Of a stretch of DNA of 64,000 bases, positions 20,381 through 30,382 are shown piece after piece (the first letter of the stretch is position 1; every line of letters starts with the position of its first letter). The translations under genes and the position numbers were made by a program. This DNA comes from Bdellovibrionales bacterium (GTDB lineage Bacteria > Bdellovibrionota > Bdellovibrionia > Bdellovibrionales > JAKFYE01): positions 43,183 to 107,182 of the forward strand of contig JAKFYE010000022.1 of assembly GCA_021731045.1 (NCBI GenBank), in the 5' to 3' direction. Under the pieces are notes generated by a model. That model was not told where the DNA came from. It saw nothing but the letters and a program-made list of their open reading frames with translations, and did not search any database.

Positions 20381-21153
20381 ATAAAGTTCTCACAATTTGG
20401 TCTAAAGAGTTTAAAGGTTATTTTCACGGTCCTTCTTTTTACATCGTCAGCGGTCTTTACACGGCATTTTTAAGTTTTTCATTTTTCATGCTATTAAAAC
20501 ACTTTGCTAAACAGTCGATGTTTTACATGGCGCAAACGCAGGGTCATGGTGAAGGCGTTAATTTGCACGGCGTGGTCTTTGTCGGACTTATATCCAACAT
20601 CAATTTAATTTTACTAATACTTGTGCCTTTCTTAACGGTGCGATTGTTAACCGAAGAAAAAAAGTTGCGTACGTTTGATCTGTTGCTCACGAGTCCGATC
20701 ACGTCAATGCAGATTGTTCTCGGGAAGTATTTGGCCGCTTTGAGTGTCGTTTGGTCCTTCTGTTTAATTTCACTTATTTACCCTGCAAGTCTTTTGTTTT
20801 TTACGAAAATTCAGTGGGGTGTTTTAATTTCTAGCTATATGGGCCTGTTAATGATTGCGGCTATATACGTGGCGATCGGGTTGTTTGCGTCGAGTCTTAC
20901 GTCTTCGGTGATTCTCTCTGGATTTATCGCGCTTATTTTATCACTGGGGTTGTGGTTTATCGCATGGACGAGCGTGGTAGTCGAAGACGCCACTCTCCAA
21001 TCTATTTTTGAACACCTTTCAGTTTCGCAACACTTTGGAGAATTTATGAAAGGCAGTATTGCGATTACAGGATTTGTATTTTCTCTCAGCGTAGTTGCGA
21101 TCTACGTTTTTTTAACCGAGCGTGTAGTTGAATCTATGCGTTGGAGGGCTTAA
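20377..21153 (+). CDS. ABC-2 type permease (GldF-like)
   Basis: ATGA overlap with the ATPase gene. 258 aa with about 6 predicted TM segments. Confidence 0.8.
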   Translation: MNKVLTIWSKEFKGYFHGPSFYIVSGLYTAFLSFSFFMLLKHFAKQSMFYMAQTQGHGEGVNLHGVVFVGLISNINLILLILVPFLTVRLLTEEKKLRTFDLLLTSPITSMQIVLGKYLAALSVVWSFCLISLIYPASLLFFTKIQWGVLISSYMGLLMIAAIYVAIGLFASSLTSSVILSGFIALILSLGLWFIAWTSVVVEDATLQSIFEHLSVSQHFGEFMKGSIAITGFVFSLSVVAIYVFLTERVVESMRWRA

Positions 21154-21155
21154 TC

Positions 21156-22739
21156 ATGTCAAAACTCGGAAAATCCCTTTTAGTATTAACGATTCTGTCT
21201 GCTATTGTCGGTGTTGTGGTGCGCGTTCTAGAGTTAGAATCGGGAAATTATATTGGAATCCCGTTTTTAATCGCGTTTGTCTTTATCATTATGCAGGTTG
21301 TGGTAGATCGCAGGGTCTACAAAGAATTCATGATGATGAAGACCACCAAACATGGTGTCAACATGGGAACGATGGTCCTACTTGTTATGGCGTTACTCGT
21401 CGCGATTAACTATGTCGCGGTTAAGCGAAACAAAAAGTGGGATCTCACGTCTGAAAAGCTGAATTCACTTTCTGATCAAACTGTTAAGCTACTCAATGGT
21501 CTAAGTGAGCCTATTGAAATCCGAGCTTTCTTTAGAGATGATTCTCCGGATGAAGGGCAGCAACTTGGACTCGTTAAACATTATGTGAGTTTAATGAAGG
21601 CAGAATCCGCAAAAATTGATTTTCAAGTTATAGATCCAATGAAGCGTCCTGATTTAGCGAAGCAGTATGAAGTCGTAGCATCGGGCACCATTGTTTTAAA
21701 ATATAAGGGACGCTTGCGTTCGATTCAAGAAACCACTTCGGTTTCGGAAGAAACATTTGCGAATGCGCTTTTGAAAATCACGCGTGAAAAAAATAAACAC
21801 GTTTATTACTTGGTCGGTCATGGCGAATTAAACTTAGATGATGATAAAGATCCTCAAGGTGGAGGATTCTTTAAAAAAGCACTCCAAGACGCAAGTTATG
21901 ATATTTTTGAATTAAATTTAATTACGCAAAAAGCGGTTCCGGAATCGGCAGATGTCGTTCTGGTATTAGGTCCTAAGCAGGCGTTGCTCGAACCAGAACT
22001 TACCGCCTTAGAAATATATGCTCGCAATGGTGGCCATCTTTTGTTGACTAGCGATCCTGGTCAGAAAACAAACATTCAAAAGTTAATGCAAACCCTCGGG
22101 GTTAATTTTACAAACAAGTATATTATTGATCAAGTCGGGCAACAGATTGCAGGATCTGCCGCTTTGGCCGTCGGTATGGAATATTCGCCAACCAGCGAGA
22201 TTACAAAGGATATTAAAGAAAAACGTATCACGTTATTTAATTTGGCGAGCCCACTTGAAAAAGATATGAAGGCGCCCGCAGATTGGAAGTTTGAGGAGTT
22301 TGTAAAATCAAGTCCAGCGAGTTTCGTGACCGACTCGCTTTCAAACCAAATGAAGTTTGACGAGAAGAAAGATAAAAAAGTCGCTTCAACCTTAGGTATG
22401 ACGGTGACTGGTCAACTGACCTCAAAAGTCGCTCAAGGCAAGTCGATCGTCGAAAGCAAAGGCGGGAAAGACTTTTCGCTCGTCGCCTTTGGCGATACCG
22501 ATTTAACGTCGAATCAATTATTTTACGAACAAATCAATCGCGACATTTTGATGAACTCAATTGCGTTTTTGGCTAAAGATACAGATTTGATTTCTTTGCG
22601 ACCAAAAACTCCATTGGGCAACAAGTTAGATATGACGAATACGCAAGCGATGCTCTTAGTGTTAGGTGTTTACTTTCCGATTCCTATTTTGCTGTTAATT
22701 ATTTCGGGTCTAGTTTGGTACAAGCGTCGCGGCGCATAG
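21156..22739 (+). CDS. GldG-like ABC-transport auxiliary protein
   Basis: ATG 21156 with GGAGG 8 nt upstream. N- and C-terminal TM anchors flank a large exoplasmic domain. The N-terminal pattern (KWDLTSEKLNSLSDQTVKLLNGLSEPIEIRAFF) is typical of GldG/ABC_transp_aux. Confidence 0.75.
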   Translation: MSKLGKSLLVLTILSAIVGVVVRVLELESGNYIGIPFLIAFVFIIMQVVVDRRVYKEFMMMKTTKHGVNMGTMVLLVMALLVAINYVAVKRNKKWDLTSEKLNSLSDQTVKLLNGLSEPIEIRAFFRDDSPDEGQQLGLVKHYVSLMKAESAKIDFQVIDPMKRPDLAKQYEVVASGTIVLKYKGRLRSIQETTSVSEETFANALLKITREKNKHVYYLVGHGELNLDDDKDPQGGGFFKKALQDASYDIFELNLITQKAVPESADVVLVLGPKQALLEPELTALEIYARNGGHLLLTSDPGQKTNIQKLMQTLGVNFTNKYIIDQVGQQIAGSAALAVGMEYSPTSEITKDIKEKRITLFNLASPLEKDMKAPADWKFEEFVKSSPASFVTDSLSNQMKFDEKKDKKVASTLGMTVTGQLTSKVAQGKSIVESKGGKDFSLVAFGDTDLTSNQLFYEQINRDILMNSIAFLAKDTDLISLRPKTPLGNKLDMTNTQAMLLVLGVYFPIPILLLIISGLVWYKRRGA

Positions 22740-22751
22740 GGAGGTTAGGGT

Positions 22752-24131
22752 ATGAAATTCTTTCGCTCATCCACGACTATTCTAGCTCTCGTAGTCGCAC
22801 TTGTTATCGGATATGTTTATTTTTTTGAATATAAAAAGACTCAAACCGAAGGTGCAGCAAAGCTTGAAGGACTTAAAATATTTCAAGCTAAGGAAGAAGA
22901 TGTTGTAAGAATCACTTTAAAATGGGCTGGTGGTGAAACTGTTTTAGCAAAAAATGATAAGGGTGAGTGGCTCTTGCAAGTTCCCGTTATCGATAGCGCC
23001 GAGCCCACGGCTGTTAGCACGCTTCTGAAAGGGATAACGGATGAAGCTTCAGAGTTAACCGTCACGGAGGATCCTGTCGCAGACTTAGAAATTTATGGTC
23101 TTAAAGATCCTCTTGGAAGTGTCACAATTGATAAAAAAGATGGCACGTCTCAGGCTGTATCGTTTGGCCAAGTGGATGCCTTAGATGGAAAAAAATATGC
23201 TTTAATTCATCAATCCAAAAAGGTTGTTGTGGTTCCTAGTTTTACGCAAACTCGTTTTGTTAAAACAGTGAAAGATCTTCGACAAAAAAAAATTGCTAAA
23301 ACCTCACGATTTGATGTTGCAAGCATTACGGTAAAGACTAACGGCACAAACGCCGCGGTTACAAAAAATGAGAGTGTTTGGACCTACATTGATAAGAAGT
23401 GGTTAGTGGATTCTACTTTGGTGGAGAATTATATAGCTTTGGTTGAAAATCTATCGGCTATTGAGTTTGTGGATGAGAATAAAAATTCGGAAGCCACTCG
23501 TAAAAAATATCCGTTAAACCAGTCTATCTGGTCGGTCGAATTAAAAACTAAGGATGGTGCGAGCGAAACTTTGACCGTGCACGCGGTTCAAGAAAGGGGC
23601 GCATTGATCACTTCGAGTTTGAAAAATACTGTTTACCGTATTGCTCAGAATTCTTATGAGCCTTTAAAAATATCAGATGAGTATTTTCGAGATAAAAAAC
23701 AACCCTTTCAATTTCGAAGTGAAACCGTAGAGAGTATTGAAATTAAAACGGGTCTTGTTCAGTTGAAATTAAAAAAAGAGAATTTGGGCTGGAAGGCGGA
23801 GCCCCCAATAGCCGACAGAACCGTAGATGAAGGTCAGGTAAAAAAATTATTTGAAGATATTTTGGCGTTGCGAGCCATTAAATATTCAGGAATGTCGTCG
23901 AAATCTCTAGCAAACCCAATGGGCATCATCGTTATGAGAAACAAGGATACCGCTACGGAGTTTGAAATTAAGTGGGGTGCGGATGTGAGTGAGAAAGAGC
24001 GCGTCGCAATGACAAATAAATCTAGTGAGGCATTTACCGTTTCTAAGTCTGATCTTGCGCTACTGCCACTTCAAAAATTATTGCAAAGTCAAAAAAAGGA
24101 TACAACATCTACGACCCAGGAAAAAAAATAA
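22752..24131 (+). CDS. DUF4340-like protein (usual partner of GldG-type ABC systems)
   Basis: RBS GGGAGG upstream and an N-terminal TM anchor; 459 aa. Its position directly after the GldG-like gene matches the usual neighbourhood, but the family call is from memory only. Confidence 0.55.
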   Translation: MKFFRSSTTILALVVALVIGYVYFFEYKKTQTEGAAKLEGLKIFQAKEEDVVRITLKWAGGETVLAKNDKGEWLLQVPVIDSAEPTAVSTLLKGITDEASELTVTEDPVADLEIYGLKDPLGSVTIDKKDGTSQAVSFGQVDALDGKKYALIHQSKKVVVVPSFTQTRFVKTVKDLRQKKIAKTSRFDVASITVKTNGTNAAVTKNESVWTYIDKKWLVDSTLVENYIALVENLSAIEFVDENKNSEATRKKYPLNQSIWSVELKTKDGASETLTVHAVQERGALITSSLKNTVYRIAQNSYEPLKISDEYFRDKKQPFQFRSETVESIEIKTGLVQLKLKKENLGWKAEPPIADRTVDEGQVKKLFEDILALRAIKYSGMSSKSLANPMGIIVMRNKDTATEFEIKWGADVSEKERVAMTNKSSEAFTVSKSDLALLPLQKLLQSQKKDTTSTTQEKK

Positions 24132-24132
24132 A

Positions 24133-25137
24133 ATGAAAATCCGCGTGAAGTCTCCAACCCGAATTGATATCGCTGGTGGTACGAACGATCTTTGGCCGAT
24201 ATACGCAATTTTAGGTGGCGCCAGTACAATTAATTATGCGATCAGCATTTACACTTACGTCGAACTTGAAGAGCAACCAAACGGAAAAATTACGATTGAA
24301 TTGATGGATATTAATTTAAAAAAAGAATACGCAAATCTCGCAGAACTTCTCAACGACCAAGACCCGCAGGTTCAACTCCTACGCGTCTTTGCCGAGTTTT
24401 TTAAGCCTGCCAAAGGATTTACGGTTAAAACAAAATCAGAAAGCCCGGTGGGCGCCGGTTTAGGCGGAAGCTCTTCCTTATGTATAAGTTTGATCCACGC
24501 GTTTAATAAATGGTTAGATCAAAAATTGACCCTCGAAAAAATGATATACTTGGCTCACAATCTCGAGGCCCAAATTCTAAAGCTCCCGACGGGCACTCAG
24601 GATTATTACCCCCCGGCTCTCGGCGGTCTTTGCATTATCGACTACAATCAGGATGGTCCTTCAGTTCAGAAGGTCGCAATTCCTAAAGATTTTTTTGAAA
24701 CGCACTCTTTTCTTGTCTACACGGGCCGGCCCCACCATTCGGGATTAAACAACTGGGAGGTTCTCAGAAACTTTACCGACAAGAATGAAAATACGGTTGC
24801 GTGTCTTAAAGGGATCAAACGAAAAGCTCAAAAAGCAAAGGAATTGTGCCTGACCGGTAATTGGAAAGGATTAAACGAAATTTTCAAAGAATCCTATAAT
24901 TTGCGAACAAAACTAAGCCCTGTTTTTACCAGTCCAGAAATCGAAAGACTGAAGGATGTGGCTTCCAAAGCGGGAGCTCTTGGCGTTAAAATATGTGGAG
25001 CGGGCGGAGGCGGGAGCGTCTTGGTTTGGACGACAGCTGAAGCCAAAGGAAAGGTTTTAACTGCATGTCAAAGCGCCGGGTTCCAAATTCTGAACGCGGT
25101 TCCGGTCGAACAGGGAAGTCTGGTGGAGGTGATTTAA
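24133..25137 (+). CDS. GHMP-family sugar kinase (HddA/fucokinase-like)
   Basis: The real start is MKIRVKSPTRIDIAGGTNDLWP, 2 nt after the upstream stop; the ORF-track extension to 24025 overlaps the previous gene. GHMP motifs are PVGAGLGGSSSL and KICGAGGGGS. Confidence 0.8.
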   Translation: MKIRVKSPTRIDIAGGTNDLWPIYAILGGASTINYAISIYTYVELEEQPNGKITIELMDINLKKEYANLAELLNDQDPQVQLLRVFAEFFKPAKGFTVKTKSESPVGAGLGGSSSLCISLIHAFNKWLDQKLTLEKMIYLAHNLEAQILKLPTGTQDYYPPALGGLCIIDYNQDGPSVQKVAIPKDFFETHSFLVYTGRPHHSGLNNWEVLRNFTDKNENTVACLKGIKRKAQKAKELCLTGNWKGLNEIFKESYNLRTKLSPVFTSPEIERLKDVASKAGALGVKICGAGGGGSVLVWTTAEAKGKVLTACQSAGFQILNAVPVEQGSLVEVI

Positions 25138-25949
25138 AACTCCATCGCTTCGCAGGCGTTTCATTAAGCGGCGGCAAAAACTCTAAAACGGTCGTCGCGG
25201 TTCTTGATTATTATCCCGACCATAACAAACTCGTTCTCTCAAAATTAATCGACTCCATAAAAGCTGAAGGAGAAATTTCGGCGGACGCATCGTTAGTTGC
25301 GACGCTCAAAGAATTAGGAGCACCTCTTCGCTCAATTGCTTTTGATGCACCGTTAACCCTTCCCCAATGTCTCACTTGCCGCAAAGATTGCCCGGGAACG
25401 GACTTATGCAACGAACCTCATATCGCGTGGTTCTGGCAACATTTTCGAACATCTAAAAAAGAAAAACGGACCACACGCCTTTTTACTCCCTACACGCAAA
25501 GACCAGTAGAAGCTTATTTAAGTAATCAACTTGAAGAGCCTTTCCATCCTTCAGATGCGTTAGGCGCAAATATTGCCCCGCTTACCGCACGAATGAATTT
25601 TTTGTTACGTCATCTTAAAGAAATCGATTGCGTTGAAGTTTTCCCAAAACTTTCACTTTGGAGAATTGGGCGAGCGTTAAAAGTGACAAAACGTCATTTG
25701 CGATTTCACAAGCATTCGGTAGAGGGAGATAAAAGTCGGCTCACGCTTTTGAATACGTTGAGTGATAATAAAATTTTATTTTTATATCATGCGGATATTG
25801 TGAAACTTGTAGGTCACGGCAATGCGTTCGACTCTTTGATCTGTGCCCTAACGGCTTTTCTTAAACACCGTAATCTTACGGAACCAAGGCCTGCTGGCTT
25901 TCCAATCAATGAAGCGTGGATCGAGTTTCCAACGTCAAATTGTTTTTAA
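25065..25949 (+). CDS. DUF429-like (RNase H-fold) hypothetical protein
   Basis: The only in-frame canonical start is ATG 25065, giving a 73-nt overlap with the kinase gene. Segments FAGVSLSGG...VAVLD, TPYTQRPVEAYL and FDSLICALTAF resemble DUF429; unverified. Confidence 0.4.
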   Translation: MSKRRVPNSERGSGRTGKSGGGDLKLHRFAGVSLSGGKNSKTVVAVLDYYPDHNKLVLSKLIDSIKAEGEISADASLVATLKELGAPLRSIAFDAPLTLPQCLTCRKDCPGTDLCNEPHIAWFWQHFRTSKKEKRTTRLFTPYTQRPVEAYLSNQLEEPFHPSDALGANIAPLTARMNFLLRHLKEIDCVEVFPKLSLWRIGRALKVTKRHLRFHKHSVEGDKSRLTLLNTLSDNKILFLYHADIVKLVGHGNAFDSLICALTAFLKHRNLTEPRPAGFPINEAWIEFPTSNCF

Positions 25950-25981
25950 AATTTGGTTTGTCTCGGGAAGTGAGACTAAGG

Positions 25982-26950
25982 TTAGAAGGCGAGCAAAAGA
26001 AAACCGACGAAATTCGCGATAGCAACTAGAGCGGCGACAAGGGGCTTGGTTTCTTCGTTGGCAGGGCGTGCTGGTGGAAGTGGCGAATAACGGAGTTCAG
26101 GTGCAAGATTGCGTGAAGTTTGCAAGGCGTAATTAGCGTTAAGAAATTCGGCTTCTTTAGGCAGGCGAACAAGCGAATTTGTAGTTAATAGATTTACGTC
26201 TTTTAATCGTTTCAGCTCAACAAGAAGAATTCCATTTTCATTCTTCACAATTTCGCCTTCCGCGATGACGTTACTTCTGCTTCCAGTTAAGAAAAGAGGA
26301 GCGTTCGTGGTTTTTTCTATGTTGATCCACTGAACACTGTCGCCAACAGCTGCACGGGTGTTGCTTCCCACATCAACTTTGCTAAGGCGAACATCGCCTT
26401 CTTCGTAAACGGGTCGTCCTATAAGTGGATCAAGAATTTGTAAGCCATGATACGGAACCGTCGCGATAAAATCTCGAATCAATTTAACTGCGGAATCCTC
26501 AGTCTGTTTTTCAATTGGTAAAGAGGCATGTAGTGCTAGGCTACCTGTCCATAATACCGAACCATCAACACACGTATAAACTGTCATAGTGAGTTGACGA
26601 TTTTTTAAACTCATTAGAACAAGACCATCGGATTCAAGAAGTTGGCCTAAAAGAATTCCATCACTTGCCGATAATTTTGAGCGTGGCTGCATGACATCTT
26701 TCTGGATCAAAAAACGTTTGCTTGCGACGAGAAAACGTTTTGTATCGGTAAGTGTTTCGCGCACTTTCCACCAGGAATCTTCGGCCGGTTTTTCATAACC
26801 CTTCGAAATGTCCATCGGAAAAACCACAAGTTTTCGCAAATACCCAGCGGGATAGGTGATAGTCGGAGTGGTTTCGTCGGTTTCTTCTTGAGCGAAAGAA
26901 AACAATGGGACTAGAGTGAGTAAAATAAAAATTTTAATTAAACGAGCCAT
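25982..26950 (-). CDS. Hypothetical secreted protein with a C-terminal TM anchor
   Basis: Signal peptide (LLTLVPLFSFA/QE) and a hydrophobic C-terminal tail (LVAALVAIANFVGFLLLAF). No family recognised. Confidence 0.55.
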   Translation of the reverse strand: MARLIKIFILLTLVPLFSFAQEETDETTPTITYPAGYLRKLVVFPMDISKGYEKPAEDSWWKVRETLTDTKRFLVASKRFLIQKDVMQPRSKLSASDGILLGQLLESDGLVLMSLKNRQLTMTVYTCVDGSVLWTGSLALHASLPIEKQTEDSAVKLIRDFIATVPYHGLQILDPLIGRPVYEEGDVRLSKVDVGSNTRAAVGDSVQWINIEKTTNAPLFLTGSRSNVIAEGEIVKNENGILLVELKRLKDVNLLTTNSLVRLPKEAEFLNANYALQTSRNLAPELRYSPLPPARPANEETKPLVAALVAIANFVGFLLLAF

Positions 26951-27033
26951 TATTTTTAGATTAGGCGTTGAGACAAAGATTGTCCAGCTTCTGATGAGGT
27001 GTATGAAAAGCTCTTAACATCAGAGTTTGGGGA

Positions 27034-27849
27034 TTAATGGCTTTTCCACACTTTATCTTTCAATTGTGGGCTCATTAACTCTAGATCTTTAACAAATTTT
27101 TCAAATTCGGCTGCGTTGTGGACACTGAATTTTACCTCCACACCGCTCATTTCGCCTTCACCAACCCATCGGGCTTGCACGTTTGAAGGCCACGAAAGGC
27201 TTTGCACGGCTTGGGAGCGCGCATCGTCAGTCGTATTTTGAGGTTGTCGCATTTTTTCAAGTCCATGTATCCAAGTGTCTTGTGATATCCCCGTTTTTGG
27301 CCAAATATTTTGGCCAGCCAGAAAGGGTTCTATGCTGAGTTCAACTGTGCGAGCGGCTTGCACGCGCGAAGCTTTTCGTACTTTGAATGCGTTAAAGAGA
27401 TCAAACATAAATCCAATAGCAGTCACGGGCGAGCGTTTTAAGATGCTTCTTAGAGGATAGAGTTCCTTAGGCGACATATTTTTTTCTGAAATCCAATTTT
27501 GTAACTCTAAAGGTAAGAGCTGGATTAAACTAAAAATTTCATGAAGTTCGGGATGATTTATAAGCGAATACTTACGCAACACTTCATCTTCGTCGACAAT
27601 CCAGTAGTCATCTTTAAGAGTTTTAAGTTTTTCTAAAAAACGAGCGATCTCAGGAAGAGTCAGAGAAGGGTGACAATCTTTTAAAAGATTAGGAAGCGGC
27701 GCGCTTAAATTGATGACCGTTCCCGAGGTGCGTTCAAAGCCGGTGATTAAATATTTATTCCAAGCAATAGAAGGCAAGCTATCTTTGGATGATTGACAAG
27801 GTTTAAAGTCCAAATCTGCTTTGCACTGCGCAATATCCAAGAGATCCAT
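27034..27849 (-). CDS. Hypothetical cytoplasmic protein (271 aa)
   Basis: RBS GAGGG upstream of the ATG. A segment (LIQLLPLELQNWISEKNMSPKELYPL) is faintly ParB-HTH-like. No confident family. Confidence 0.45.
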   Translation of the reverse strand: MDLLDIAQCKADLDFKPCQSSKDSLPSIAWNKYLITGFERTSGTVINLSAPLPNLLKDCHPSLTLPEIARFLEKLKTLKDDYWIVDEDEVLRKYSLINHPELHEIFSLIQLLPLELQNWISEKNMSPKELYPLRSILKRSPVTAIGFMFDLFNAFKVRKASRVQAARTVELSIEPFLAGQNIWPKTGISQDTWIHGLEKMRQPQNTTDDARSQAVQSLSWPSNVQARWVGEGEMSGVEVKFSVHNAAEFEKFVKDLELMSPQLKDKVWKSH

Positions 27850-27926
27850 AATTTGTGGCCCTCAAAAAATTCGTAGCATACCGTTTGGTGCTTGTCCATG
27901 TTCCGAGACATTTCTATTCTTTCGTT

Positions 27927-28976
27927 ATGGCAGATTGGCAAAATCGGGCCCGCATTTCTGGAGACGTTGTTTTTTTTGAGTACGTAACTTCAAAACTCGA
28001 AAGAAATTCTGATTCGGTTTTTGTTTGGGACATAGATAAAACTTATTTAGACACGCACTTCGAAACCCTGAAAGAGTTGTTTCGAACGGCGTTTGAAAAA
28101 GCATTTCAGAAAAAAAATATTCCTGGAACAAGCGCGCTTGTACGCGCGCTGACGACCTCTCTTGATGATTCGACAACAAAACCATTTCCGATATACTTTA
28201 TTTCGGCTAGTCCTCCGCAAATGGAAAGAAAAATTCGTGCGAAGCTCGATATTGACGGTATTAATCCTTACGGTGCGTTCTTCAAAGATAACTTGAAAAA
28301 TTTAAAACCAAAATATTTTAAAAGATTATCACAACAAGTGGGATATAAACTTCAAGCTTTGTTAGAGTTACGCACGCGTCTTAAAGAAGATGTTAAGCAA
28401 ACTCTTTTTGGAGACGATAGCGAATCTGATGCTTTAGTGTATTCGTTGTATTCAGATATTTGTAATCATCGTTTGGATAGTCGAGAGCTCGAGCGAGTGT
28501 TGGATCAAAGCCATGTCACTCAAACTCAGATGGCTGCGATCTTTGAACTCCAAGAGCGTATTCCTAAAAATGATCCTGTAGAAAAAATTTATATCAATTT
28601 GGCCAATGATACTGACCCTGATTACTACGAAAAATTTGGCCGACGAACGTTTCCGACATTCAATACATTTCAAATGGCGCTTGATCTTTTTCAGGACACT
28701 CGTTTATTAGCCGAACAACTTTTGCGGGTCGTTCAGGATATGATTACAAATTATGGTTTTACGCCCGACGAAATTTCTAAAAGTTTAGATGACCTGATTG
28801 CTCGTAAGCGTGTCACTCTTGAGACGACGGCAAAAGTTGTCGAACTTTTAAAAACGAGTAAATTGCTTCCCGTTTACTATCAACCTTCAGGAAAGCCGCA
28901 AGAGACTATTGAAATGGTGAGAAAAGCGAAGCCATGGATTTTAGAACACATCGATTATCTCAACGACTTTAGATAA
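27927..28976 (+). CDS. HAD-type phosphatase, App1/DUF2183-like (putative phosphatidate phosphatase family)
   Basis: DxDxT motif (VWDIDKTYLDT), an SxSP segment (FISASPPQM) and an acidic motif (LFGDDSESDALVY), in the order seen in App1-like proteins. The start is uncertain (GTG 27855 or ATG 27927). Confidence 0.5.
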   Translation: MADWQNRARISGDVVFFEYVTSKLERNSDSVFVWDIDKTYLDTHFETLKELFRTAFEKAFQKKNIPGTSALVRALTTSLDDSTTKPFPIYFISASPPQMERKIRAKLDIDGINPYGAFFKDNLKNLKPKYFKRLSQQVGYKLQALLELRTRLKEDVKQTLFGDDSESDALVYSLYSDICNHRLDSRELERVLDQSHVTQTQMAAIFELQERIPKNDPVEKIYINLANDTDPDYYEKFGRRTFPTFNTFQMALDLFQDTRLLAEQLLRVVQDMITNYGFTPDEISKSLDDLIARKRVTLETTAKVVELLKTSKLLPVYYQPSGKPQETIEMVRKAKPWILEHIDYLNDFR

Positions 28977-29073
28977 TGCATAGCGCAACAGGTGCGTGTA
29001 TAGATTTATCGGACATGGTGCTAGACAAGCCTACACGTGATCGTTAGATTACCTGCTTTAATGAGGTAGCAAA

Positions 29074-29421
29074 ATGGCGTTTCTTTCGATCCTTCATGTA
29101 GTGTTTGCGTTTATCGTGATCCTTCTTGTTCTAATTCAAGATTCAAAAGGTGGAGGCATGGGCGGTGCTTTTGGTGGTGGGGGGGCAGGTTCGAATTCTC
29201 TTTTGGGCCCAACAGGCGCGACAAGTTTTCTGAATAAACTGACTCGTTATGTTGTTATTGGATTTGCAATTACCTCGATCATACTTACAAACTTAACTTC
29301 TAAAAAAAGCGTGAGCGCACTTGATCTTGTGAAAACACCGGATGCCGGAGGATCTGCCCCTAGCAATCCAAGTGCTCCGCAAAACTCTGCGCCTGTCACT
29401 CCACCCGAATCCACGAAGTAA
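29074..29421 (+). CDS. secG: Preprotein translocase subunit SecG
   Basis: 115 aa with two TM segments and a Gly-rich loop (LIQDSKGGGMGGAFGGGGAGSNSLLG). Confidence 0.85.
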   Translation: MAFLSILHVVFAFIVILLVLIQDSKGGGMGGAFGGGGAGSNSLLGPTGATSFLNKLTRYVVIGFAITSIILTNLTSKKSVSALDLVKTPDAGGSAPSNPSAPQNSAPVTPPESTK

Positions 29422-29476
29422 TAATATTGCTGTTTTATAATATTATGTCCTAAACTTACCCAGAGGTGAATCAACT

Positions 29477-30340
29477 TTGGGTCAGCGGCTTTTGGTCGTT
29501 CTGCTATTATTATTGGGCATTATGCTTATCATCTTTCATGAGGATGTTATTGATTGGTCCGATGATATATTTGGACCGGACGATCCTCGTGAGGTTATCG
29601 CCACGCTCGAAGAATTCAGCGGAACGGTCAATTATAAGTTACAAAAAACCTTGGTGTACAAAAAGCCAAAACAAAATTTAGGTTTAAGAGATCAAGACAC
29701 TGTCGTGACCGACGCAGACGGCACGGCGGTGATTGCGTTTTCTTCGGGGTTTAAACTCGAAGCGGGGCCAAACTCCATTATCGTAATTGAAAAACCAGAA
29801 GTCGGAACGGATGGCTCTATTCGGGTTACGTTTCTTCGAGGGGATTTTAAAGTTTTAAATGAAGGGCGCAAGGGCTCACTTACGTTATCGAAAGACACAA
29901 TTCCAGAGATTGTAAAACGGCCTGAGCCTAAACCCATACGTATCGAGCCTCCTCCGGAACCACCTCCGCCTGTTGTTGCTGAGCTGAAAGAAGAAGTCAT
30001 AGAGGAAATTAAAACGGCTAAGCCTGTGCGACCTCCGCCACCACCTAAAAAACGTGAAACACTACCTGAAGAATACATCGTGCAAATTATCAAAAAACAG
30101 GCGCCATTTTTTAATCGTTGTTATGCGGAACATTTGCGGCTCAATCCCAATGCTCGGGGACGGATCAATCTCGCATTCACGATAGCCCCGACAGGCAATG
30201 TTTCGAATATTCGTTTACTCAGCAGTACCTTAAAAGATCCACGACTTGAGCAATGTACGATGTCGGTGATTGAGCGTGCCAGTTTTCGAAAATATGATGG
30301 CGACCCCATCATCATGAATTATCCGATCAACTTCGAATAG
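29477..30340 (+). CDS. Membrane-anchored FecR-like / proline-rich / AgmX-PglI-type (TonB-C-like) tail protein
   Basis: TTG start and an N-terminal TM. It has a FecR-like segment (DQDTVVTDADGTAVIAFSSGFKLEAGPNSIIVIE) and a Pro-rich linker (EPPPEPPPPV, RPPPPPKK). The C-terminus (CYAEHLRLNPNARGRINLAFTIAPTGNV...C...F) matches the AgmX/PglI C-terminal domain pattern. Confidence 0.6.
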   Translation: MGQRLLVVLLLLLGIMLIIFHEDVIDWSDDIFGPDDPREVIATLEEFSGTVNYKLQKTLVYKKPKQNLGLRDQDTVVTDADGTAVIAFSSGFKLEAGPNSIIVIEKPEVGTDGSIRVTFLRGDFKVLNEGRKGSLTLSKDTIPEIVKRPEPKPIRIEPPPEPPPPVVAELKEEVIEEIKTAKPVRPPPPPKKRETLPEEYIVQIIKKQAPFFNRCYAEHLRLNPNARGRINLAFTIAPTGNVSNIRLLSSTLKDPRLEQCTMSVIERASFRKYDGDPIIMNYPINFE

Positions 30341-30382
30341 ATATTGAGGAGAGAATTAGGCTCCCAATTTTGAAGCCTAAAC

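Noticed and set aside
29422-29476. AT-only inverted repeat (ataatatt ... aatattat) after secG, considered as a possible terminator.
   Set aside because: The stem is entirely A-T with a 10-nt loop. It is too weak to call, and it overlaps the likely RBS region of the next gene.
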